Shown here: positions 28,868 through 38,589 of the stretch, piece by piece
Layout: every line of letters begins with the position of its first letter
Numbering within the stretch: position 1 is the stretch's first letter
Assembly (NCBI GenBank): GCA_963703315.1
Contig: OY969811.1
Span: forward strand, 768,001 to 832,000
Source: an uncultured cyanobacterium
Lineage (GTDB): Bacteria > Cyanobacteriota > Cyanobacteriia > Pseudanabaenales > Pseudanabaenaceae
DNA: 64,000 nucleotides
Direction: 5' to 3'
The notes under the pieces: model-generated
Told to the model about the DNA's origin: nothing
Seen by the model: the letters and a program-made list of their open reading frames with translations, nothing else
Databases searched by the model: none
Made by a program: the position numbers and the translations under genes

Positions 28868-29934
28868 GGCACTGGTCAGTAAATTAGTGATATGAGAAAA
28901 TAGAGGCAGAGTAAAGGAAAAAGCTATGGAATGCCCCCACTGCGATAGTCAAAAGATCATCAAAAATGGCAAACATCACCATCAAGACGGCAAAGCCATC
29001 CAAAACTATTTATGCAAAGAATGCGGCAAAAGATTCAGTGAAAGGACAGGAACGCCAATGTCAAGGCTGAGAACACCAGAAAATGTGGTTTCATTAGCAC
29101 TTAAGATGAGGAGTGAAGGAATGGGGATTAGAGCCAGTGGAAGAGTTCTAGAAAAATCTCATGTCAGCATCATGAGATGGGAGCAAAAATTGGCAACTCA
29201 GTCACAGCAATGGAGTCCAGATGCCCCAACAGGAGGAGATATAACAGTCGAGGGAGATGAGGTTTACACTCGCGTAGGCGAGAACCTCCCCCCCCTCAGA
29301 GTCAAAAGGGTGGACAATCACATTTATTGAGCGTGGGAGTCGCTACTGGATTGAAGCAAAAGCAGGAATGAAAACAACGGACTTATTTAAGCAAGCCATC
29401 AACACTGCATGGTCATGGGCAAAAACTAGTCAATACATTCGATGGTTTACCGATGGTGAAAGACGCTACGCTCAACAACTATGGCAAATGGCAAGTGTTT
29501 ATCTCAAATCATCGGAAGTCACTCGTGAATATGGACATCGCAAGGTATGGCGCTATGGATTGGAAGTTGCCATGAAAATTAAAGGTTCACAGGGAAAGCG
29601 TCGAGTCGAATGGGTCAAACCTGAGCATCCTTATACTGCCATCAGCGATAAGAGTGACGTTCATGCTAATCATAATGAAGCTAACAACAGTGCTTTGAGA
29701 AGAAGGTGTAGTGCTTTTCGCCGCAGACAAAACCTGTATGCTAAAAATACCGAGGGCTTGCAACGAGCAGTCACGGTACAACGCTTAATTCACAATTGGG
29801 TACGACCTCATGAGGGTTTGGGCAAGAACAAGACCCCTGCTATGGCAATCGGACTTTTTAATCGTCCCGTTTCTATGCTGGAATTACTATCATTAAGGGG
29901 CTTTCATTACCTCACTAATTAACTGACCAGTGCC
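28868..29934 (+). mobile_element. Complete IS1-family insertion sequence (1067 bp)
   Basis: 23-bp IRs GGCACTGGTCAGT(A/T)AATTAGTGA (22/23 match); 8-bp direct repeat ATTGGTTT (28860-28867, 29935-29942). Confidence 0.93.
28926..29922 (+). CDS. IS1-family transposase split into two frames at a C8 run
   Basis: Zn ribbon CPHC...CKEC, HTH and EGDE in ORF A (28926-29330). A +1 shift in the C-run at 29288-29295 gives ENLPPSESKGWTITFIERGSRYW, leading into ORF B (FTDG, HNEANN). Confidence 0.85.
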
Positions 29935-30562
29935 ATTGGTTTGCAAATTCATAAACATACCAAAAAGCATTCTTTAGGCAATCTTGTCTGATTTTTAACT
30001 TGCCGATAGTACTGCCTAACACAAGATCATTATTTTCAAGTAAAGCCTGATCATTTTCACTTTCACAAAAATCATCTTGAAATATAAATAGTTGATTAAT
30101 AAATAGTTGATTATCTTTAGATTTTTCTTTGTAATAACTTTCATAAAAAATTACTGCAAATATATTAAGCAACTGTTGTTCCCCTCTGCCAGAATCTTCA
30201 AATTCACTATAATCTTCAAACATCTTAATAATATTAGGACATTTGAAAGAATATATAAGATTAGCGATTGAAGCAAAAAAAGCACCCCAGAAAAACATTT
30301 GCCATGAAAAAGGAAGCTCTAAATCTAATTTAATAAATTCTATATTTACTGTATTTATATATCTAAATAGTTTTGCGATTAATGGTACAAATGCTATCCA
30401 AAAATATGAAGACTTTAATATCCGACTCTCCCCAAAACCTCGTAGCTTTGACCATGAAGGACTAGAGAGATTCTTTATCTTTGATAATTGACGATAGAAA
30501 TTTTTTATCTGTAATAGCATAATTATCTACAAGCTGAATTTCATGACGATTTTCTACTAGAG

Positions 30563-31042
30563 TTATCTTTCCCAATTCATTTCTATATATTTATGATCAT
30601 TGTTGTTTTTTGTTTCTGAGACACGAAAACCGCGCTTCCTGTAAAAATCTATAGCTTTGCTGTTTTCCTCATATACAGCCAAAGTGATTTTGCTCTTTTC
30701 AGATTGAATATGTCGCATTAGAACACTGCCAAGTCCCTGACCCTGCGAATCTTTTTTGATAAAGAATGCACTCATAGCAGTCTCAGATATGAATGACGCG
30801 AACCCACATACTCTTCCATCTCTTTCAATTACAACACACTTAACGGCAACACATTCAACCTTCTGCGGAAAAATTAAGCCTTCCATCGCAGAAATTGACT
30901 TTTCCATTGTTTTCTGTTCCTTCGCAATATTTTGCTTGCCAAGGAAGGCATGAGCCTCTGCCGACGCTACTTTATGAATATAAAAAATGACGCTTTTATC
31001 AGTTCGTTGATATTCTCTAATATTAATGTTTGAATTAACCAT
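30563..31042 (-). CDS. GNAT-family acetyltransferase
   Basis: QGQGLGSVLM acetyl-CoA motif; N.KAIDFYRKRGF. Confidence 0.88.
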   Translation of the reverse strand: MVNSNINIREYQRTDKSVIFYIHKVASAEAHAFLGKQNIAKEQKTMEKSISAMEGLIFPQKVECVAVKCVVIERDGRVCGFASFISETAMSAFFIKKDSQGQGLGSVLMRHIQSEKSKITLAVYEENSKAIDFYRKRGFRVSETKNNNDHKYIEMNWER

Positions 31043-31448
31043 GATTATTGCCTCTTAGTATTTCAACTCACACTAATACTTTCATCACTTACAAATTCAG
31101 CTTGGTTTAAATTTAGCCTTGACTGAAACTCACCTATTAAATTTGTATAACTTTATTACCTGTAACTTCATAAAAACCGAAATTTATCAAGTGATATATG
31201 AACTATATCAGATATTTTTTAGTTTTTATATGGCAAAAAAGCAATGTTTACGAGGTTGTATCAAAGGATAGGTCACTAATTCTTGCAAAAAGCATAAGGC
31301 TTTGAGTCGCAACTATTTTGATTTTTTCGCCTTCATTTACCCTTGCCCATAGGCGAAAGTCTTTAACAATGGACTGCAATCAGCAATCGCCATACAAGAA
31401 TGATGGAGATATTGCTATATTTATAGCGATCGCTTGATTAAAAAATTA

Positions 31449-32357
31449 ATGTTGAAGTTTGTTAACAAACTTGCTTGTTTAGCAATTTATGCAGGGCTAA
31501 GTACAGGGCTAAGCCTCGGTGTAATTAGCGCCATATCTCCCGCGTTGGCTGAAGATAGCAGTCTGGGGATTGTGATGCGGCGTGGACATTTGCGGGTGGG
31601 CATGGATGCGGCGATCGGTGGTCCCTATATGTTTTGGAATGCTAAAACCCAGTTTTATGATGGCTTTGAGTTAGAGATCATCCAAGCGATCGCCGCAAAA
31701 TTAAACATTGAACCACGTCCAATTAATATCCCTTGGGCAAATCAACCCGAAAACCTATCGTCACGACAGGTTGATATTGTTCTGAGTGCAAGGGAAGAAG
31801 GTGGATTAGAAACAGGTGATACTAAAGGTAAATTTATCGAAACTGCCCCTTACTATCGCAGCGCCCAACGCTTATTAATTCGGGCTGACGGCACACAAAT
31901 TAAGTCTTTGCGTGACATGATCGGTAAACGGGTTGGGGTTGTGGCAAATAGCGGAGGCACAGCGATCGCCGAAACCTATAATAAGAACAGGGGTAATGCC
32001 ATTCGCCTATTTTCATCACGGGATCTTGACCGTATGGTGATCCAACTGCGCGATCGCCAGCTTGATGCGATGATCCTTGATGAACCTGTGGCAGTATGGC
32101 AAGTACGCAACAATCCTAACTTTATAATTGTTGGGGAGCCGCTAATTCCGATTCGTCTAGTGGCGATCGTCAACAAAGATGATGTATCACTCAAAAAAGC
32201 CGTAGACAAGGCTTTAACAGAGATGCGTCAAGAGGGTAAACTCGAACAAATACTTAAGAGGTGGAACCTGTGGGAAAGCCAGACAACTTTAAAATCGACA
32301 AAGGTCTTGCCAGTTACGGTATTAGCGATCATTACGCCGTACTCGGTTTACCAATGA
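31449..32357 (+). CDS. Polar amino-acid ABC transporter substrate-binding protein (family 3)
   Basis: Signal peptide, LRVG, YDGFELEI, LKKAVDKALTEMRQEG. Confidence 0.85.
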   Translation: MLKFVNKLACLAIYAGLSTGLSLGVISAISPALAEDSSLGIVMRRGHLRVGMDAAIGGPYMFWNAKTQFYDGFELEIIQAIAAKLNIEPRPINIPWANQPENLSSRQVDIVLSAREEGGLETGDTKGKFIETAPYYRSAQRLLIRADGTQIKSLRDMIGKRVGVVANSGGTAIAETYNKNRGNAIRLFSSRDLDRMVIQLRDRQLDAMILDEPVAVWQVRNNPNFIIVGEPLIPIRLVAIVNKDDVSLKKAVDKALTEMRQEGKLEQILKRWNLWESQTTLKSTKVLPVTVLAIITPYSVYQ

Positions 32358-33154
32358 CCACCGATGCCGCGCAAATTCGCAAAAAATTTCTCAAGCTTGC
32401 CAAAATTCTGCACCCTGATGTTTTTGGAAGAAATGCTGAAGAGAAAGAAATTGCTACCAAATATTTCTCAAAGATGGTCAGCCCTGCCTATCAACTGCTC
32501 AATAGCGATCGCGAGCGGGGGGAATATTTAGCAACCTTGAGAATGTTTGCTCAAAATAAAAAACAAAAACAAGAAACTCCCACCTTTAGTTCCGAAATCG
32601 CTCAAAAACTATATCGGATTCCCCATGAGATTACCTACAAACAATATGTAGAAGAAGTATCTCCGAAGCAGTACGAAACTCTCGATTCGATTTTGGAATA
32701 TACCTCGATTCTTAGTGAATTAAATCTGGTCTATTTGTTCACTCAAAATAGTTTCAGCTTTACTTCAGGTAGTAGTGCGGCATCTGCATCTAACAACCAA
32801 ATAGCTAATGCCGAAGCAACTCCAGTCAAACCACCAGCCCAATCACCTGCGTTGCGGAACTTGAACATGGCAGAACTATTTATCAGCAAGAAACAATGGA
32901 CTGATGCGCTCAAAGAATTGATTAATGCGGAAAAACTCGATCCTAATAATGCTAAGGTCTATGCTTTGAAGGGCTTAGTGCAGATGAATCAAAATGCGGC
33001 GGCGATCGCCAAGACAAGTTTTCAGAAAGCGCTTAAACTTGATCCTAAAGAACCCACAGCCCTCAAATATATCAATCAGGTCAATGCCGCGACAAAACCA
33101 CCAGAGAAACCACCAGAAAAGAAAGGCGGTCTGTTTGGTTGGGGTAAAAAATAA
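32261..33154 (+). CDS. J-domain (DnaJ-like) protein with C-terminal TPR
   Basis: DHYAVLG...LHPD; TPR-like repeats; KKGGLFG tail. Confidence 0.88.
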   Translation: MEPVGKPDNFKIDKGLASYGISDHYAVLGLPMTTDAAQIRKKFLKLAKILHPDVFGRNAEEKEIATKYFSKMVSPAYQLLNSDRERGEYLATLRMFAQNKKQKQETPTFSSEIAQKLYRIPHEITYKQYVEEVSPKQYETLDSILEYTSILSELNLVYLFTQNSFSFTSGSSAASASNNQIANAEATPVKPPAQSPALRNLNMAELFISKKQWTDALKELINAEKLDPNNAKVYALKGLVQMNQNAAAIAKTSFQKALKLDPKEPTALKYINQVNAATKPPEKPPEKKGGLFGWGKK

Positions 33155-33218
33155 CTGATCATATTTCTCGCTAAAGGTAGTAGATCTTGATCATGTCAGT
33201 TACAGCGAGGCAGCAAAC

Positions 33219-34238
33219 TTGGATTTCCGCAAACTAAAATACTACCGACATAATTCTCTAATTCTAGTTATTAGTGGCGATCAGCAGCTTTTGTCTGCGA
33301 TCGCCGAAATTTTAGTAGCTGAAAAATATAATTTCATCACCGAAACCAGTGGTGAAAAAGCATGGGAAATCATTCTCCAAAAGAAGCCTGCGATCATTCT
33401 TGCTGATTGGAAAGTCCCAGATGTCTCAGGTCTAGTGCTTTGCCATCGGGTCAAGGCAAATCTTGAACATCCTGAACTAATAACGACTTACTTTGTCTTG
33501 ATCGTCGAATCTTTAAACTCTCAACAGCGCCAAATTGGGTTAGATACGGGTGTCGATGAATTTCTTGGTAATCCTATAGATATCTCGGAACTAAAGACAA
33601 GATTGCGTACAGGGCTGCGAGTTAGTGCTTTGGTTCAGTCTTTAACATGGACAAATCAAAGGTTGCTAGCTCAAAATGGGGTGCTGGAGGCGCTTACATT
33701 ATCTGATCCCTTGACTAAGGTTTTGAGTGAGCAAGCCTTTGTCGAGATCATGCCCAAAATGATGCAGCAGTTTAGAGGATTTGGGACTTATAAAAGTTAC
33801 CGTTTCCTGAGTGTGTTGATCATTGATGTTGATCGGTTTACATCAGTTATTCAGTCCTACGGTGAGAAAATTGGGGATGAGGCTGTCAAGGCGATCGCAG
33901 GGCGCTTAAGCCATAGCTGTGATGCGAATAGCTTGATTTACCGTTATGGGTTAGATGAGTTTGTCTGTGTCACTCCCCATCAGGATGCTGCAAGTGGTAT
34001 CCAACTTTCTCACAATCTCCTTGCGAGCATTCGCAGTCATCCGATCGCAGTTTCATCAGGACTGCTATTCCCGATGACGATTAGTATTGGGGGGGTAGTC
34101 ACCGCCCTCGAAGATTCACATCAACAGATGCTCAACATTAGTTTTGGCGAACTGGTAGCTCTCTCTGAAAAACATCTCGTTCAAGTTCAAAAATCTGGTG
34201 GCGATCGCGACTACATCGAAGAAATAACAAATTTGTAA
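33219..34238 (+). CDS. REC + GGDEF protein (PleD-like) with degenerate RYGLDEF motif
   Basis: Receiver domain, DPLT, IDVDRF, GDE, RYGLDEF and TISIG. Confidence 0.82.
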   Translation: MDFRKLKYYRHNSLILVISGDQQLLSAIAEILVAEKYNFITETSGEKAWEIILQKKPAIILADWKVPDVSGLVLCHRVKANLEHPELITTYFVLIVESLNSQQRQIGLDTGVDEFLGNPIDISELKTRLRTGLRVSALVQSLTWTNQRLLAQNGVLEALTLSDPLTKVLSEQAFVEIMPKMMQQFRGFGTYKSYRFLSVLIIDVDRFTSVIQSYGEKIGDEAVKAIAGRLSHSCDANSLIYRYGLDEFVCVTPHQDAASGIQLSHNLLASIRSHPIAVSSGLLFPMTISIGGVVTALEDSHQQMLNISFGELVALSEKHLVQVQKSGGDRDYIEEITNL

Positions 34239-34259
34239 GTAATGCCGTAGGTCAAACCG

Positions 34260-34937
34260 ATGTCAAAAGCTAAATCAGCAGTAATCCTTGAACCTGTGCA
34301 GTTTCAAATCGGGCAGATTGAAATTCTCGCAGGTCAAAGGGCGATTTTACATCGCATTGCATGGAATCAGTTTGAAAAAATCCTTGAAGAACTAGGTGAA
34401 CACCGTGCTTCGCGCATTGCTTACTACGACGGAACTTTGGAAATAAGAATGCCTTTACCAGAACATGAACGCGCTAAAGTGATTATTGGCGATCTTTTGA
34501 AAATTTTGCTAGATGAGCTAAATCTTGAGTGGGAATCCTTAGGCTCATCAACTTTTAAAAGCATCAAAATGTCCGTAGGGATCGAGCCAGATGATTGCTT
34601 TTATATCAAAAATTATGCAGCGATGATTGGGAAGAAACGCCTTGATTTAGAGATCGATCCACCCCCTGATATTGCGATCGAGGTAGATCTTACTTCTAAT
34701 ACGCAAATCAGTGCATATCAAGCTTTGGGCGTACCTGAAATCTGGCGTTATCAGCAAGGAAAGTTATTAATTTACATTTTGCGTAATGGTAAATACAGCG
34801 AGTCAGATACGAGTCTTGCTTTTGCAAATTTGCCTGTAATTGAAGGAATATCTCAGTTTTTAGAACGCAGTAATGATATCCCAATTAGTGCAGTCCGCCG
34901 CGAGTTTCGTCAATGGTTAAAACAGTTGTCAAATTAA
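34260..34937 (+). CDS. Uma2-family (DUF820) endonuclease-like protein
   Basis: LEIRMPLPEHE, EPDDCFY, PPDIAIEVD and GVPEIW. Confidence 0.9.
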   Translation: MSKAKSAVILEPVQFQIGQIEILAGQRAILHRIAWNQFEKILEELGEHRASRIAYYDGTLEIRMPLPEHERAKVIIGDLLKILLDELNLEWESLGSSTFKSIKMSVGIEPDDCFYIKNYAAMIGKKRLDLEIDPPPDIAIEVDLTSNTQISAYQALGVPEIWRYQQGKLLIYILRNGKYSESDTSLAFANLPVIEGISQFLERSNDIPISAVRREFRQWLKQLSN

Positions 34938-34964
34938 CTGGGCAAAGCCCAGTTAATTTGTGCC

Positions 34965-35963
34965 TTAATCTTTGTGGCGGGAAGCCTTGATTTGATCGAT
35001 GAAAAATTCTTCGAGGGTTTGGCGGGCTAGCTCGATCGCGATCGCCTTTGCACCAATACTCGCAATATAGGTTAAAAACTCTGGTAAATCCTTAGCTAAC
35101 TGACCATGCCAAGTATCACCTTGAAAAATTAAATGCTCTAACCAAGGTTTTAACTCCGCCTCCGAGCCACCACGACCACTGACCTGATAGGACTGCTCTG
35201 TACCCAATAACTCATTTAAAGTCCCCATCGCCACCAGTTCGCCTTTATTGAGAATGCCAATGCGATCGCAGATCAATTCCACATCCGACAAAATGTGACT
35301 GTTAAAAAATACCGTTTTGCCCTGATTTTTGAGCATCAAAATAATTTCACGTACTTGATAGCGCCCTACAGGATCAAGCCCAGACATCGGCTCATCGAGA
35401 AACACTACTTCAGGATCATTGATCAAAGCTTGAGCAACACCAATTCTCTGCACCATCCCCTTAGAATATTGGCGCAACTGCTTCTTCCTTGCAACCGACT
35501 GGGACAAACCAACGAGGTCTAATAAATCGGCAATTCTTTGGCGGCGTAAAGATGACTCTACCCCAAATAAATTACCAATGAAATCTAGTAGCTCCCATCC
35601 AGTCAAATAATCATAATAATATGCATTTTCTGGCAAATAACCAATAAATTGCTTAGCAGTGCGATCGCCTAGGGGATATCCTAAAATCTCACCCGTCCCC
35701 GATGTGGGCTTCACGATCCCCAATAAAATTTTGAGTAATGTAGTTTTGCCTGCACCATTGGGACCTAGCACCCCAAAGGTCTCACCTTTACGAATAGTTA
35801 AGGACAAATCCTGTAAAGAGCTAATTTTTTGATTTAACCAAAAGCCAGTACGATAGGTTTTGCTCAAGCCAGTCGCCACAATAGCGTTGCTCTGAATCAT
35901 CTCGGTCTGGGTTTCGTTAGTCAATACTTCTACCATAGCTGCGATCGAAGCTGCAAAATTCAC
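34965..35963 (-). CDS. ABC transporter ATP-binding protein
   Basis: GPNGAGKTT, YSKGMVQR and FLDEP; the exact start is uncertain. Confidence 0.9.
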   Translation of the reverse strand: MNFAASIAAMVEVLTNETQTEMIQSNAIVATGLSKTYRTGFWLNQKISSLQDLSLTIRKGETFGVLGPNGAGKTTLLKILLGIVKPTSGTGEILGYPLGDRTAKQFIGYLPENAYYYDYLTGWELLDFIGNLFGVESSLRRQRIADLLDLVGLSQSVARKKQLRQYSKGMVQRIGVAQALINDPEVVFLDEPMSGLDPVGRYQVREIILMLKNQGKTVFFNSHILSDVELICDRIGILNKGELVAMGTLNELLGTEQSYQVSGRGGSEAELKPWLEHLIFQGDTWHGQLAKDLPEFLTYIASIGAKAIAIELARQTLEEFFIDQIKASRHKD

Positions 35964-36308
35964 ACTTTAAGCCACTATTTTAACGTCAGTTCGGGATAAT
36001 TTAAACCTATAGCTGTTCCCAGTCTTGTGAAGCTGATCTTCTCACCTTCAATTTGGAGAATTCTTCAAAAATTGAGTTAGAGTTAGTTAGAGTTTAAAAG
36101 ACTAATTAAGTTCGTTCAATAAATCCAAATTATTTTTTGGAAAAACACAAGTTGTAATTTTTGTAAAAATAATTTGTGTTTTAGACCTATTTAAAAGTGC
36201 AAAATGCTTGTGGGCGGGTGAAAGATAAGGATTGTTATTTTCCTAATAGATATTCGTCAACAGATCACCTATACAATGTAGTGAAACAAGGCTAGATAGC
36301 GCCCAGCT

Positions 36309-37355
36309 ATGAGTAATATTTTTTTGCTGCCACCAAATCTAGACAAAAAGGAGCGTTTCGCCGCTTCTTGGGAATATTTGCTAGAAAATATTCAAGATTT
36401 GGGACAAGATTTTGTTGACTTTTTAATGCAACGTTCAGGAAAAGCCAGTTCAACCTTTATTAAAGCTATCAGCTATCCGTTTTTATCATCAGATATTCAG
36501 CCAGATATTTTGTTGGAATGTCAAGACTTTGATATTCTCTGCGATCACCGCCTAGATAGTGAATTAAGCAGACCCTCTTTAGATGCATTGTTGATTTTGG
36601 CTAAATTTCAGACAAAATCAACTTATATAGTGGTGATTAGTAATAGTTACTGTCTAATTGAGCCTGAGTTTTTAACTAGTGATGATGCGAAAAGATATTA
36701 CCTTCAGCCCCACGACCATAGCAATGCGTCTATGTCATATTTCTGTTGGCAGGATGTATATGCTTTAGTATCTCAAAGGCAAGAGCGTCTTGCCCATGAA
36801 TTTGCCGAATATATGCATTTCATGGATATGCAGCCTTGGCATCATAGTACATGGGGTGATTTGTTTCTTAATCCTCATGCAGCGTCTAGGTTTAGTCAGC
36901 ATTGGTTGTCAACGATCGCTTATTTTCAAGAGATGGCGATCGCCTCAAAGCTAAGTGGCTATAGTGCTTTAGAAGTGACTTCTCCTTTGCCTTGGTTGCA
37001 GTTGCTTTATATTTATGCCACGCGATCGGTACAGCATAATGATTTACAAGCTGTTAGCCCCTATCTGGTAGCAACGATTTGGATTAAGGGGGACGAAAGA
37101 AATCAGATTCGGTCTTTTCAAGGGATTTCCGATCGCTTTTTACTATCAGAAAATAATGATATTAATGTCGAAATCAGAGCAAGCTTGGCAGATGGTTTGT
37201 GGATGATCAAAACTGGTAGTCGCCCTAAACTTGCAGCAACCTATTACACTTCGCTTGATCGGATTGTGTCCGCAGATGGTGAGCAAATGCAGCAAAATTT
37301 GTTGAATTTTACTAAATCTGTTTTTAATCATGCCAAATCTAGAGAAAACCAATGA
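36309..37355 (+). CDS. Hypothetical protein with a PD-(D/E)XK-like N-terminal region
   Basis: 348-aa ORF; QPDILL...ILCDHRL resembles a PD...EHK nuclease core. Confidence 0.65.
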   Translation: MSNIFLLPPNLDKKERFAASWEYLLENIQDLGQDFVDFLMQRSGKASSTFIKAISYPFLSSDIQPDILLECQDFDILCDHRLDSELSRPSLDALLILAKFQTKSTYIVVISNSYCLIEPEFLTSDDAKRYYLQPHDHSNASMSYFCWQDVYALVSQRQERLAHEFAEYMHFMDMQPWHHSTWGDLFLNPHAASRFSQHWLSTIAYFQEMAIASKLSGYSALEVTSPLPWLQLLYIYATRSVQHNDLQAVSPYLVATIWIKGDERNQIRSFQGISDRFLLSENNDINVEIRASLADGLWMIKTGSRPKLAATYYTSLDRIVSADGEQMQQNLLNFTKSVFNHAKSRENQ

Positions 37356-37419
37356 TTGATGCGCGTCTTCGCCGCATATCAATCATTGTCATTAAGGTTG
37401 TGTTGCATTGTGACACCAC

Positions 37420-38316
37420 TTATCGTGAGTTTTTGGTCACTTCAACATAGATATTTTCAAGTCGAACTGGTTGACGGGTGATTGACTCGATTTCTATGCC
37501 ATCAAAACATTCCAAAATTTCCTTTAACTCCATCGCCTTGGGTAACCAAAAGGCAAGATCGCGTCCATAGTGGCGATAGGTAAAGCCAAGCTCAACACCT
37601 CTCGCGATCGCCAAATCTTCATTGGGCGTACAAATGATCGCAATTTCTTGGGCAGGGACATATTGACGTAGTTGTTCGAGACTTCCCTCAGCTAATAGGC
37701 TGCCTTGCTTGATAATGCCAATACGCTGACAGAGCCGTTCAGCTTCTTCGAGCATATGAGTCGTCAGTAAAATCGCTGTATCCTGACTGCACAGCTTGCG
37801 AATTAATTCCCAAATTTCATAACGAGCTTCGATATCTAGTCCTGTAGTTGGCTCATCGAGAACTACTAGTTGCGGCTGATGGACAAGGGCGATCGCCATG
37901 CTCAGACGGCGTTGCATTCCCCCACTCAGAGTTTCGGCAATACTTTTAGCGCGATCGCTTAGCCCCACTAGTTCTAGGCAATATTGGGCTTGCTTCCGAC
38001 AAGCGACTTTACTCAAACCATAAAGTTGACCAAAAAAATGAAGATTTTCTTCACAGGTCAAGCTTTTATAAAAAATATTTTCCTGTGGCGCAACACCGAT
38101 TAGCGATCGCATTGCCCCTGAAGATGTTTGTCCATTCATGGTGATACTGCCGCGATCGGCTTGGATCAGTCCACATAGAATGCTAATTGTAGTGGTCTTG
38201 CCAGCTCCGTTTGGTCCCAATAACCCATAGACTTCCCCCGACTGAATTGCAAAGCTCAAGTCCCGCAAAACTTGCTTCTTTCCATAAGATTTACAGATTT
38301 TGCGAACCTCTAACAC
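37420..38316 (-). CDS. ABC-2-type transporter ATP-binding protein
   Basis: GPNGAGKTT, LSGGMQRR and VLDEPT. Confidence 0.92.
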   Translation of the reverse strand: MLEVRKICKSYGKKQVLRDLSFAIQSGEVYGLLGPNGAGKTTTISILCGLIQADRGSITMNGQTSSGAMRSLIGVAPQENIFYKSLTCEENLHFFGQLYGLSKVACRKQAQYCLELVGLSDRAKSIAETLSGGMQRRLSMAIALVHQPQLVVLDEPTTGLDIEARYEIWELIRKLCSQDTAILLTTHMLEEAERLCQRIGIIKQGSLLAEGSLEQLRQYVPAQEIAIICTPNEDLAIARGVELGFTYRHYGRDLAFWLPKAMELKEILECFDGIEIESITRQPVRLENIYVEVTKNSR

Positions 38317-38359
38317 AGGTGTATTTATCCTTAATTTAATTTTTCAAGTATAGCAAGTG

Positions 38360-38462
38360 ATACCGAAACTAAAAATGGCTATGCCATTTTTAGTTTTGAA
38401 ACCCTTTACTAGATTTTAGTTTTAATTTACAAAAAAGTTAGCACACTTTCGCAAATCGGCAT
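38360..38462. repeat. Hairpin element family D
   Basis: Colinear with 60328-60426. Confidence 0.75.
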
Positions 38463-38484
38463 GACGCAATCTTAATAAAAGCTA

Positions 38485-38589
38485 TTAAGTAGCTGGGCGC
38501 AATTAAATATAAAACCCAAAACCTGTGGCGCACGCGCAGCGTGCGCCACAGGTTTTGGTTCTGGTTTTTAATTATGACTAGCTACTTAA
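38485..38589. repeat. Hairpin element family B (MITE-like)
   Basis: 10-bp terminal IR TTAAGTAGCT/AGCTACTTAA; central IR CCAAAACCTGTGGCGCACGC-GCA-GCGTGCGCCACAGGTTTTGG. Confidence 0.78.

Larger units (their letters stand above)
28744..30520 (-). pseudogene. Low-GC membrane protein gene (~233 aa) interrupted by the IS1 element
   Basis: Removing 28868-29934 and one TSD copy joins ...EFANQ in frame to LEVVYRRICCISYVLGFSLFFYVLAQNIWFVFVNTFFK*, with the stop at 28744-28746. Confidence 0.85.
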
